Shown piece by piece: positions 28,698-40,415 of a stretch of DNA of 64,000 bases. Source of the DNA: the human T2T-CHM13v2.0 reference genome, Homo sapiens. A model generated the notes under the pieces. That model was not told the DNA's origin, made no database searches, and saw only the letters and a list, made by a program, of their open reading frames with translations. Location of the stretch: NCBI RefSeq assembly GCF_009914755.1, contig NC_060944.1; one strand, 5' to 3'. Position 1 is the stretch's first letter. Each line of letters begins with the position of its first letter. Made by a program: the position numbers and the translations under genes.

Positions 28698-29786
28698 CAG
28701 GGGAGAAGATAATGGTGAATTTACAAGGTCTGGTGACCATGGGTTATCCCTTCGGTTGCTCTGTGGACTTTGAGCAATCCATCTGTGTGATTAACCCCAC
28801 ACACCAAGGTCTCAGTCACCCTTGAACATGGGAAGAACCCCTCATCATCTGCAGGGTGAGATGTGTTTTGCCCTGAAATCCCCTTCCCCAGTGCCTCCCC
28901 TTAGCCTGCCCTCCTCTGATCCTGAACCCCCAGCCAAGGACTCCCCCAGAGCCCTTTAATTGGCTTAAACACTAGACAGGAGATTCCCTGGCAGGGGTAA
29001 TCCATGATTGAACTAGGGATAATCAGCATGATTCATTTGTCTGATTAAAAGCTCTCACTCCCCATTATCACCTACCTGAGAGGAAGCCACACAGGGCTCT
29101 GACAGCAGGTAGGCAAAGGCTCAGGGCCTGACACTGTGGCGGGGTGGGGAGGGGGGCAGAGTAGAAAGTGATTGAATGACACAGGGCACAAAGCTCACAG
29201 CAGCACTTGTCCAAAAGGAACTATAGAAACAAAGGAATGGGAAGGCCGGTACTCACAACATGGAAAATATCCACCTGGTGGGGCTCTGTGGGACCATGCA
29301 CATCCCGCAGAAATGCCTGTGATTTGGGGACGTTTTTCCTTTGATCCTCATAGATAAAGGGTTTCTGCTTCCCCGCCTCAGAAAGGAGCAGTTTGTGTCT
29401 GAGCACTTGCTATTCCTCTCTTCATTCCCTCACTCCTTCCATTCTGTGAGAGGAGAAATGATTGGTCTGACTGGTGAGTGAAAAGAGTTTTCCATTCACT
29501 GCACCATATTTGCCAGGGCAGAGTTGCCATTCTGAATCATGAGGTTTCCTCTCAATCTCTCTGTCCTCTATTCTTTTGGACATTGCTATTCTCAGAGGGA
29601 GCCCACTTTTTGGCATCCTCTATGTGGTCAGGTCATGAGGGCAGCTACCTGCCTTTTGCAGACCAAAAGGGCCTGTGTTCTCTTTGCTTCACTTTCTTCG
29701 CATGCAACAGGTTGAAGAAACTCAGCCATCCTAGTACTAGAGGCCTGGGGAGAGAAAAAGCAAACCCCCTTTTGCCGAATGTTCCC

Positions 29787-30399
29787 TGTAATAGATTGTA
29801 TTATTGTTCCTATTCTTTATGTCTTCCTGTACCTTTATCTTCTGCCTGTGCCTTTGGCATACTCCCCACCAAAGGAGGGGTATATTTACCTGCAGGTCAG
29901 TTGACATAGTCTGGGCTTTAATCCATGCTACAGGTTGGGTCCACCTCTGCCTCACACATCTCTCCGTCTCCACAGATCAGTGGGCCAGTTCCATGCAGGC
30001 TCTTCCCATGGAAATGGTAGGAGAGCAGAAGCTTATGAGTGGAGACATGAGTTTGTTCATAGGATTTGCTTTGGCCAAAGTAATGTGGGTAGAAGTAACT
30101 ATGTGAACTGTGTGCTGGATTCAAGCCTGGGTATTAGAAGACATCACATGTCTCCACTCACAAGCTTCTGCTCTGCTTCTGCCATTTCCATGGGAAGAGC
30201 CCGCATAAACTGGCCCACTGATCTGTGGAGAAGGAGAGATGTGTGAGGCAGAATTGGACCCAACCTGTAGCATGGATTCAAGTCCAGCCTATGTCAACTG
30301 ACCTGCAGGTAGATAAGTGAGAATAAACGCTGCTTCAGGACACTGGGTTTTGGTGTGATTCCTTGTGCAGCATTATTGTAACAAGAGCTAGCTGATACA
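29787..30399 (+). mobile_element. MLT1I-like MaLR solo LTR with an internal inverted duplication
   Basis: Starts tgtaatagattgtattattgttcc; gctttggccaa core; ends cagcattattgtaacaagagctagctgataca. Confidence 0.8.
29883..30315. repeat. Long inverted repeat: arms 29883-30049 and 30147-30315, 97-nt spacer
   Basis: Hand alignment gives ~11 substitutions and 2 small indels over ~168 bp. Confidence 0.95.
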
Positions 30400-30559
30400 C
30401 CCCATCATCCCTGGTTCTCCAGGTCAGTAAAGAAAACTATCACTCTAGGTTATAATGCTAATATTTTGCCCGGTTTGGCTGAATGCTTTGGGTTTTTACT
30501 TTATCGATCAAGCCGATGGAGAAAAGTTTCAATAAGTGGGAGGAGTAGAGCACAAAGTC

Positions 30560-30688
30560 TAGGGTAATCATATGTCCCAATGGGCCTGGATGGCCCTAAT
30601 TTATACCTGTTATGCCAATATAATTAATAATAGCACCCTTCTGTCCAAAAGTACATCCTGGTTTGGATGATTAAATTATATCACCCTA
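30560..30688. mobile_element. MER94 hAT-Blackjack MITE
   Basis: tagggtaatcatatgtccc...aattaataatagcaccc...ggtttggatga...tcacccta TIRs. Confidence 0.85.
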
Positions 30689-31357
30689 GCCAAGCCCAAC
30701 AAGATCCAGCCTAAACCATGTCTTCCTTACACTAACAATGGGCACCCCTTTGTGGTCAGTAGATACCCCAGAATTTTTTAAAAAGCCATGTCCTGGAAGG
30801 CAGGAGGCCTGGACAGCAATTCTCATGGCAGCAGGTGAGGTAAAAATAATACTTTTCCTAAATGCAGTCTATCTGCACAAGATTTTATAAAAGTGCTATG
30901 GGGTATTTTCTGAGAAATAAACTCCTTAATATGACTTCATGGTAAGAGTTCTATTTCCTTTATTCTCAGGAGTCCTAGGGAAGAAAAATATGCCCCCTGG
31001 CAGTGTTCCATAAAACTAATGATGTGGGGGAATACGTGAATAATTGCCTGAATCGCCGGGTTACATATCTGTTAGGAAATCTCTTGGCAATATAAAGAAG
31101 GGGCTCAGGACAGTTAAATTGAAGTCAAGTGAAATAAACTCCTGCTGCATCAGCTCGATGATCTTGTGGGTCAAGGGAGCTGTGGCAGCCCTCTCTGCAC
31201 TTTGGGAATGTTGGGCCTCCAAGTTTTCTGGGTTCAGAGCAACAGGGACATAGGATGAGGAGTAGAAGGAAGGAATAAACAGGCATGGACCAGACATTGC
31301 AGGGATGCAAAGGGAAGTTCTGGAGCCAAGTCTTCAAAGCTACAGATCAAAAACTCG

Positions 31358-31642
<285 letters not shown>

Positions 31643-31810
31643 GGGAGGGAGAGAGATAGGGAGGGAAGAAGGAAGGAAGGAAGGAAGGAAGGAAGGAAGG
31701 AAGGAAGGAAGGAAGGAAGGAAGGAAGGAAGGAAGAAAGGATGAAGGAAGGAAGGAAGGAGAGAAGGAAGGAAGGAAGGAAGGAAGGAAGGAAGGAAGGA
31801 AGGAAGGAAA
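31643..31810. repeat. (GGAA)n microsatellite grown from the Alu tail
   Basis: (GGAA)16 at 31671-31734, (GGAA)3 at 31746-31757, (GGAA)11 at 31766-31809. Confidence 0.97.
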
Positions 31811-32070
31811 GATTACTGGTGAGTGGTCAGATAGATGGATGGATGAATGAATGAATTCTAAGTGTGGGGTTATTCCTTGTGCAATATTGATATTGTACTT
31901 CATAATATTATACTTCCAAAATTATTAGAGTAAAAGGAAATGATTCAAAAAGCAAGGAAAGGTTCAGTGTGCTGAAAAATACAGTAAGCCCAATTCCTTT
32001 CTCACCCACCCCACTCTCAGCCACGGAAAGAGGACTGATACTACAGCATCAGAGACCATCCAAGACAATA

Positions 32071-32410
32071 CAGTTGTCCCTCAGTATCCTCAGGGGATTG
32101 GTTCCAGAACACCCTGTGGAAACCAAAATCTGCAGATGCTCAAGTCTCTAATATAAAATGGTATAGTATTTGCATAGAACCTATGCACATCTTCCCATAT
32201 ACTTTAAATCCTCTCTAGATTACTTATACCTAATACAAGGTAAATGCTATCTAAATAGTTGTTATACTGTATTGTTTGGAGAATAATAAGAAGGAAAAAT
32301 GTCTACACATGTTTAGTACAGATGCAACCATCCTTTTTTAAATTTGTTTTCAATATTTTTGATCCACAGTTGGTTGAATCCACAGATGTGAAACTTATGG
32401 ATATAGAGAG
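32071..32410 (+). mobile_element. MER2 TcMar-Tigger MITE
   Basis: TA then cagttgtccctcagtatcc...ggattggttccag...ttggttgaatccacagatg. Confidence 0.9.
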
Positions 32411-32558
32411 TTTTATGTTTTTTGAGAGAGAGATGGGGTCTCACTATCAAAAGCCTGGGGTTGCCCAGGCTGCTCTTGAACTGCTGGGCTCAAGCAATTC
32501 TTCCACCTCGCAATCCCAAAGTGCTGGAATTACAGACGTGTGCCACTGCACCTGGTCC
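32411..32558 (-). mobile_element. FLAM/free Alu left monomer
   Basis: gagatggggtctcactat...gaactgctgggctcaagc...cccaaagtgctgg. Confidence 0.85.
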
Positions 32559-32819
32559 AACTGTGTTTTAAATTATTCTTCCAGGGTAATATAGAAATTT
32601 GGATAAAATTCTTGAATTTGAACAAAGTAGACACCAGTTTGCACAATGCAGGACATCAATCCATCCATGCCCTTTGTCTCCAGATATCTGGTGTGGATGT
32701 GCATTCATGTCAACACAACTTTTTAAATTGCATTTTTTCCTCCTTCTCACTCATGTGTCTTCAGAGTAAACTGAAGAATTATTTCAGTGGAGCCATAAAC
32801 CTCTCGGTCTCCCAAGACA

Positions 32820-33640
32820 TACATATGGACTCCATGTCAATTTTCTCTCCCACACTGCACCTGAACTATTTCAAACTATCTTCCCAGTTGACCAAACCAG
32901 AAACCTCAGAGTCGCCCACTACTCTGACCTCTCTCTAACCCCCAACCCGTTAGTCTTTCTCTCATAAATCTCTCTGGTTCTTCCAGCCCACAGCCTGTCC
33001 ACTCTCATCCAGGTCTCCACCACATCTCCCCTGGGTTGTAGGAGAAGCTCTTAGCTGCCTCTTGGCCTGGGCTCTCTCCTTTAAATCCATCCTATACCTA
33101 GAAACCAGAGGGATTTTTCCAAAACAGAAATTTGACCTCCCTGGTCCCCTGGCAACCCATCAATGGCTTCATGCTGTCTTTAAATTAAATCTGAACCCCA
33201 TGTGAGGCTCTGCACAATTCGGCCTCTGCTTGTTCTTCCAGCCTCATCTCACCACTCCCTGCTTCTCACCCGAGGCCTAGCAGCAGCCTCCATTTCTCTG
33301 GCTCCTTGTTTTCTGTCACTTTCAATCATTAGACCTCCTCTTCTAGTTCCTGGAACTCAATTGCTCACTCCATCTCAATCCTTTTTTTACCTAAGCACGA
33401 TTCTTTCACTCCACAGGTTTTGCTGAAGTATCCTACCATATTCTGCAAGAGAGTATCTCAACATCCTCCTAGCTTAACACTTAACAACATAGTATTATGT
33501 TAGCTTGATCAACTCACTCTCCTCCCCTTGTCTGAAAGATCAAAAAAGGCAGCCCCAGGCCAATCGTGTTTGTGTTCCTAGCACCTAGGCCAATTCCTGA
33601 CTTAAAGTAGGTATTAGAAAAAACTTTTTGAATGCCAGAC
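32820..33640 (+). mobile_element. L2 fragment
   Basis: Pyrimidine-rich L2 body ending cctagcacctagg...aaagtaggta. Confidence 0.6.
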
Positions 33641-35274
33641 AAATCCATGAACTGAGGACAACTCTTTGTTTATTCAACATATATTAATGGAGGGCCTGAT
33701 ATGTGTCAGGTATAGTTCTCAGCGTGTGGGATACATCAGTAAAAAACATAAAATGCCTACCCTGGTGGTGCTTACTTTTCAGATGGAGGGAGACATTTAT
33801 TTACATATTTAACAAATATTTATCCGGCAGAGAATCATTGCACACACAAAAAAGATGGGGTGGCCTGGCCAGACATGTACATGACAGATCAGTTCTAAAA
33901 TATTTTCCTTGTTTTTAGTTTCTACTTCAATGAAAAATTTGTCGTCATCTTAGTGTTACCGTCCTGGAAATTCTCAATGTCCTCTTTGCCTGCTCAATGT
34001 TTCTCTGTAACAGTGTTCATCATCTAATATAAAGAGCAACACAAACACATAGTTTGTGCTCAATCAAAGCTTGTGGAATACAGAAACAAACAAGAAACTC
34101 CAAGAGCTCATTCAGTAAACTTACAAACAAGTAAGAAGATGAGCTTATGATCAGCCTGCTCAAAGCAAAAGAAAAGGGAAGGAAACAATTTTTCTAAGAG
34201 CCCTTCAGAAAAGGGAGAAAAGCTTTGCAAAACTCAGAGAACCCAGGAGCAGTAACTGATCTTTATGATCCAGTACAGAAGCCTGAGTAACCGCAGGCTG
34301 TCTCAGGTTTTAATACAAGGTTATTTACATAGTTACCTAATTATTATGTCTCAATAGAGGGAAGGAAAAAAAGCAAGTGTTTTTCTACTCCCTATTTGCC
34401 TTAAAGATCTAAGGGTAATAAATTGTTAGTTTTATTCTTAATTGGTACATGCTTCTTCCAATTTCTTTTCTTTAAAAAAATCAATACGTGGTTTGCGAGA
34501 CCTTTAATGGAGAGTAAAGAACTGTGACTAGACTTCTTCCTTATTATTGAGATAATCTGTCAGCATTTATCTTTTAAAGGGGCCTCAGGTAAGGCAGACA
34601 TGATTAAGTTTTTGCAGTAGTAAATGCTGGGCCATTTCTAGAGTTAAAATGATATGAAAAATATAACTGCATCAGGCTATGCCTGATAAAAGACAGTGTC
34701 TCTTTTGCAAAAATGTGGGCTGTGGGTCTGGTCTGCTGAGGCAGGGCTCCCAACATCTTGGAAATGTTGTGCCCAACCACTGCCCACTGCCCTGGCCGAG
34801 CTCCTGCCCCCACTGAGCTTCGGGAAGTGACTGCGGCTGTTCCCAGCGAGCCTGACCAGAGGCAGAGGCCACTGGTAACCTTAACCCCACGTGGGCAGGC
34901 CCTCGTCAGAGCCTCTCCCCAACCCTAAAATTAACCAGTAAGTTTTTGGAAGGGGAGGTGGACAGAGAAGTGCAGGGCCCTGTTTGCTCTTTGGAGCCCA
35001 AAGGAAACAGGAGCCTGGGAGCTGACACCCTGGGCCTGAAAAATTGTAATTGTTAGACAAGCCCAGGCATGTGAACAAGAGCTTCCCTACCCCAATCTGC
35101 AAGGCAGACACCCTGAGAGTGTTAGAGTTGGTATGGGCAGGGTCCTTCACACTCTGAAGTATGTGGTTACCCAGCAGGCTGGTGGGCAGAGCATGGAAAA
35201 GTCCGAATCAACCATAATCAAGTAAATGGCTAAGGCCGAGTTCAGGTAAGGCCCTGCCTACAAATCCAACTCAC

Positions 35275-35490
35275 ATTACCTGTGCACCTCATTGTGCCTG
35301 TGCCAGACAATGTGCCTCAATTTAACCTTTGCAAAACTTGTCTGATATGGACATTTGTATTCTCGTTTGATAGATAAGGGAGTAAGGGCTCAGAGAATTT
35401 AATTAACCTTCCCAAGGCCACACAGCTAAATGGCAGGACTAAGATTCACTATCAGTCTGTTGTACTTCTCAAGTTATCTTTGCTCTACCA
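35275..35490 (-). mobile_element. MIR
   Basis: gggctcagagaatttaattaaccttcccaaggccacacagcta. Confidence 0.65.
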
Positions 35491-35509
35491 AACATCCCAA
35501 GCAAAGAAG

Positions 35510-35750
35510 TTAACATGATGTAATGGTGAAGAGCATGGGCTCTATAGCCATAGCGCCTAGGTTTGAATCCTGGCTCTGCTACTTACTAGCTATGTGGCTT
35601 TAGGCAAGTTACTTAACTTTTCTGTGCCACAGTTTTCTCATCTGGAAAACAGGGACAACAGTTGTATATTTATCATCGTGTGATTAGGAGAATGTAAATA
35701 TGTGAATATTTGTCAAGTACTTAGAAGAGTCCCTGGCGTATAATGAATAC
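35510..35750 (+). mobile_element. MIR, near full length
   Basis: taatggtgaagagcatgggctct...ggtttgaatcctggctctgctacttactagct...ggcaagttacttaac. Confidence 0.85.
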
Positions 35751-37279
35751 ATATACATGTTTCATGTGTGCTAAATAAATAAAAGAAAGGGATCTTTTCA
35801 TTCTCACCACACAAGAGTTCATTTTCCAGTCTCTGGACTCAGAAGAAGGTGTTTTGCAGTTTCCTAACATCATGGAGTCCGAAAAGTGCTTTTGCTACAA
35901 GGGTCTCACTTTACTGTCACAACAGCTGTCTAAAGAAGAAAGGAAGATTAGACCCATGTAACAGAAGAATACACTGAGACTTGACAACATGAGGACCTTT
36001 ATAAGGTCATTTAGCAGGTAAATAAAGAGCAAGAAAGATCCAACTCGACCTTTCTGACCCTGAATCCGTGCTATGCCCACACTCTAAATAAAAGCATGAA
36101 CTTGTGAGTTTGTGGATGAAAGCTTGGCATTGCGTCCAAAATGAGGCCATGGGACAGACTGCTGCTGCCATTTAACCCCAGGTCCTGAGAAATTCCTCAA
36201 CCCTTCCCATGAGTCAGGGACTCCTGGATTCAGTGCTGCTGTGGACTGCCCATTATGCCTCTCCCCTGTACTCAGGAGATGGAAGACTCTCTAGAGTTGA
36301 CCACTGTGAACCAAAGACAATAGAGTGTTCTCTTTTTGCACAAAGAACAAAACAGAACATCAAGAGTCTTAGTGATTTATTCAAGTCACATGAGTTCAAT
36401 GAGTAGGGAACTGCATCAAGAGACAGCTTCCAGTTAATTTTATGAACCTTATATGCATTGCCCAATATGAGTGTTCAACCCCATGGTTCCCTGTTTTTTT
36501 TGGGTTTTTTTTTTTTTTGTCTTTTTTTTGTTTTGTTTTTTTGTGCAATCAATGACCTAAATTCTAGGGAAGTTAGGGTAGAACTAGAGAAGACAGGGAA
36601 GAGCAAAAGAAAACAAAATGTGCTCAGTTTGGTTCCGAGGAAGGGTGCGGAAGCTGGATCCAGATGGTGGGGGTTTGGGGAACTGGATAAATCAAGAGAG
36701 TTGAGGTCCTTGGAAAAACTGAAGACGGATGTTTTCAAGGACATAGAAACATGGCTCGTAGCAATGCTCCTGGAGGCCCAGCAGAGACCAGCAATACTTG
36801 ATCTCGGGGATCAACATTAGTGTCTTAATGCTGGTTATTGTCCCAAAGTAAGTAAGGTGTGCAGTGTTCAAGATCTGTCCCATTCCAATGATGAGGAAAC
36901 CAAGGACCAACAAGAGGTGTGCATTTTAGAGCCCCTCCCCATCCCAGGCCAATGACCACAAAACCGATTCTGTCCCCCTTCCCCCACAGGTAGTGCCTAT
37001 GCTCCTGATCCTCCCCCAATGGGACAAGGACAGGCCATTTGACCCAAGCCTGTTCCTCAAGAGATTGACAATAAAAATGCCCACATTTTAAATGTGTACA
37101 TGCTACAATTTTCTGATTATAAAATCAATACAAGCTTATTTGAAAAGAACTTGGATCTGCTGGTATGTGCACATCCTTTCTTCTGCAATGAATCAAAGGA
37201 TTTATTACCAATGGTTTCATCTGGGAAGATTGTAGGTGAGAAGGAAGATTTTGGATTTTGTTTTTGAGCTGTTTTAAAT

Positions 37280-37314
37280 TGTGTGTGTGTGTGTGTGTGT
37301 GCATGTGTATGTGT
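37280..37314. repeat. (TG)n microsatellite
   Basis: Direct inspection. Confidence 0.9.
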
Positions 37315-38321
37315 CAAAAAGATATCTGGGAAATGGGATTGTAGACCACTTCGTTTTGTCTTATTATGGTGTCATCTGTGTCTCCATAGTAAGAGAGAGA
37401 AAGAGGAAAAGGAGTAGGTTAATAATCAATCTTAAATAATTTGAAAACTAAAGAAAATCAAAATCAACAGTAATCATACCATCTAGATCTAAAGGCTCAT
37501 ATCATTTTAGCATACCTTCATGCTGAAATAATGAGGATTATTCTATATCTAAATTCTAAATTATTCTTTTATTTATCCTTATTTTATGTTATGCCACAAA
37601 TAATTTTACATATCATTAAATATGCTTCAGAAGCATCCACCTAATGGCTGTAGAGGGGCCTTCCTAGAAAATAACTTTTTATCTATAAATTTCATGTTCA
37701 TTGAGCACTTCCTAGGTGTCTCCTGCCAAGCACAGCTTCCATGGCGAGGGTTAGATGACACACACCATGGCACAATGTGTAACCAGATGGTTTGATGCCA
37801 GAGACTATGTGCTTAACCACTTTACTTCTACATGGAGCATGGTTTCTTAAGCCAACCTTCCTCTGTAGCACATGTACATTGTTCCCAATTCGTCACTATT
37901 GAACAACCCTGAGATGTACATCTTTGTCCATAGATCTTTACATCTCTGAGTACTTCCCTAAGTGAACACTTCACAAAAGAGTTGTTTGACTCATAAGAAT
38001 AAAAATGTTTAAGGCTCTTGATGCATTTCCCTAAGGAACCCACTTAGCATCTCCACAACAGGGTTTGAGAAGGTAAAAATTAGAACTCTTTTTTTATTTA
38101 TTTGTGACTTATTTCATTACAGTTGAGCTGATTTTTCAGTTTATTAGCCATTTACATTTCTTAGTAGTCAACTTATTGTTTTATGTTAACTCACCTCACT
38201 GATACAGTAATAAATTTGGTGTTCCTTTAGTGTAGGTATGGGAAATTTCTTCAAAAATCAACAATATTCTTGTCTGGAACACTGAATTATTTTCTAGAAT
38301 GCAGATGCATTGTCGACTTAT

Positions 38322-38610
38322 ATGAGTGCTCGTCCTGGAAGGAAACAGATGGTGCCCTGAACGGGGATAACCGAGGAGAGTTTATTATAGGGAGCATTTA
38401 CAAGGGTGTGAGCAGGGTTAAGGAGACCCAGAAGAGTTGGTGCAGCATCCGGGGGCTGGCAACACAGAGGAGCCATTACCTCCCCTCAGTTTAAAGGGGA
38501 GGGAAGAGCCTGGAGAGAGTAGCTGTGGTTGTCAGAGAAGCACTAGGCAGGGCAGGATGCAGCCAACCCTCAGAAGGTAATACTCTGGTGTCCTCATCTC
38601 TTCCACCTCA
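38322..38610 (-). mobile_element. LTR33-like ERVL LTR fragment
   Basis: ggaaacagatggtgcc...atttacaagggtgtgagcagggttaagg...gggctggcaaca. Confidence 0.7.
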
Positions 38611-39194
38611 GGGTGCAGGGTAGAATTGCTACACTATCTCCCATGGGTCTCATGGTAAAGCAATAACGTCTAAACAGGAAGCCATTAAGGCCTCTATTTT
38701 GATCAAAAAAACAGCCTCTGTAAATCCAGACAGGATCCCAGGGGACCAGCATCCCAGTTCAGGGCCTAAGCTGTAGCTCCAACTGGCTCCGCCTCCTCTG
38801 TGTGTTTCCCTTCCTTGATGCTTTTAAAGGAAGTTGCTGTCGGATGGAAGGCAAAACTTAGGTTTTCTATGGCACAGTTTTCAGGAAGGGCAAGTCACTC
38901 TTTGGCTCTTTGGGAAACTCCCTCACCCCATACCCCACTCAGACCACCTCCAAATGCTCTAGGCTGGGTCTGCCATCAATCCCTGATAACAGACACCCAA
39001 GGGAGATGGTGTAGCAATTCCACCCTGCACCCTGAGGCTGCTTGTCTCAGCATGCAAGAACAGCCTGTGCTGCGGCAGGAAAAGTCTCCTCGAGCCTGTG
39101 AAAGAGACGAAGGAGAGCAGGGCATTACATATAAGCCAGAGTGACTTGGAAGTCTGCAGCCTGTCTCCTTCGAAGGAAGACAGACAACATGTAT

Positions 39195-39445
39195 AAGAAT
39201 AATGGCTTACATCAATGGGCCCCAACCTCTGGCCACATACTAAGCCAACCATTTCATCCTCATGACAATCCAGTGAGGTAGGGACTATTTTTATCCCCAT
39301 TTTACAGATTAGTAAACAAGATTAGTAAACACAGAGAGGTTACAACTTGCTCAAGTTCGCTCTGGTGCCTTGAGCTGGTGAGATGGAGGAAGTGAAATGC
39401 AAAGTTAGGTGGGTCTGACCCCAAACCCTTCACACACATCTTCGT
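39195..39445 (-). mobile_element. MIR
   Basis: catcctcatgacaatccagtgaggtagggactatttttatccccattttacagat. Confidence 0.75.
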
Positions 39446-40013
39446 GCTGCACTCTGAGGGAAACGACATAGGGCCTGGGATAGAAGCCTGATTCAGCTTC
39501 AAAGTATTTTAAATCTCTGAGCCTCAGACTCCCTCTCTATTAAGAAAATTAATTTTTTAAAAGCCATTGATTCCATTAATGCCCCCCCCGATTGTTGTAA
39601 AGCTCATAGGAACTGCCTGCATTTCCCCGGTTATCACATGACTGTAATTTGCTTGGTTGGGTCTCTGCTCACAGGTCAGCTCAACCAAGAGGGTTCCCCT
39701 GGTAACCCATGCAAAACAGCAGGGTCTCGCCTCCCTGCCCCACCACCCAGACATCCTCTTACTTCTTACTCTATTAATTTTTTCTCATAGCACGTAACAC
39801 TAGCTGGCCCATTATGTGAGTGTGTGTATGTGAGTGTGTGCGTGTGGTGTATGTAGTGTGTGGAGTGCATGTGGAGTGCATGTGTGGATTGTGTGTTTAC
39901 ACATGTGTACTTTTTGTTTAATGTCTGACTTCGCCTCTATATGGTGAGCCCCAGGACAGTAGGGACCTTGCCTGACTAGCCCACCAGAGTGTCCCCAGTA
40001 CCAAAAATGACAC

Positions 40014-40415
40014 TGATACAGTATGGATATTTGTCCCCTCCAAATCTCATGTTGCAATATGATTCCCAGTGTTGGAGGCAGGGCCTGGTGGGAGGTGTCT
40101 GGGTCATGGCCTCGGATCCCTCATGAAGAGCTTGGTGCCTTCCTGGAGATTATGAGTGAGTTCTTGCTCTATGAGTGTTCATGAGAACTGATTTTTGAAA
40201 GAGCCAGGCACCTCTCTCTCCTCTCTCACCACGTAACACCTGCTCCTTTTCACCTTCCACCATGAGTGGAAGCTCCCTGAAGCCCTCACCAGAAGTAGAT
40301 GCCGATACCAGGCTCCTGGTACAGCATGTAGAACTATGAGCCAAATAAATCTGCTTTCTTCATAAATTACTCAGCCTCAGGTATTCCTTTATAGCAACGC
40401 AAGCAATCTAAGACA
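40014..40415 (+). mobile_element. MST (MSTB-like) solo LTR inserted in an L2 3' end
   Basis: tgatacagtatggatatttgtcccctccaaatctcatg...ggtattcctttatagcaacgcaa; TSD g(a/g)cac; L2 tail resumes at 40416-40495. Confidence 0.9.

Noticed and set aside
36494-36542. T-rich tract as tail of a processed pseudogene
   Set aside because: No adjacent retrocopy body or TSD found
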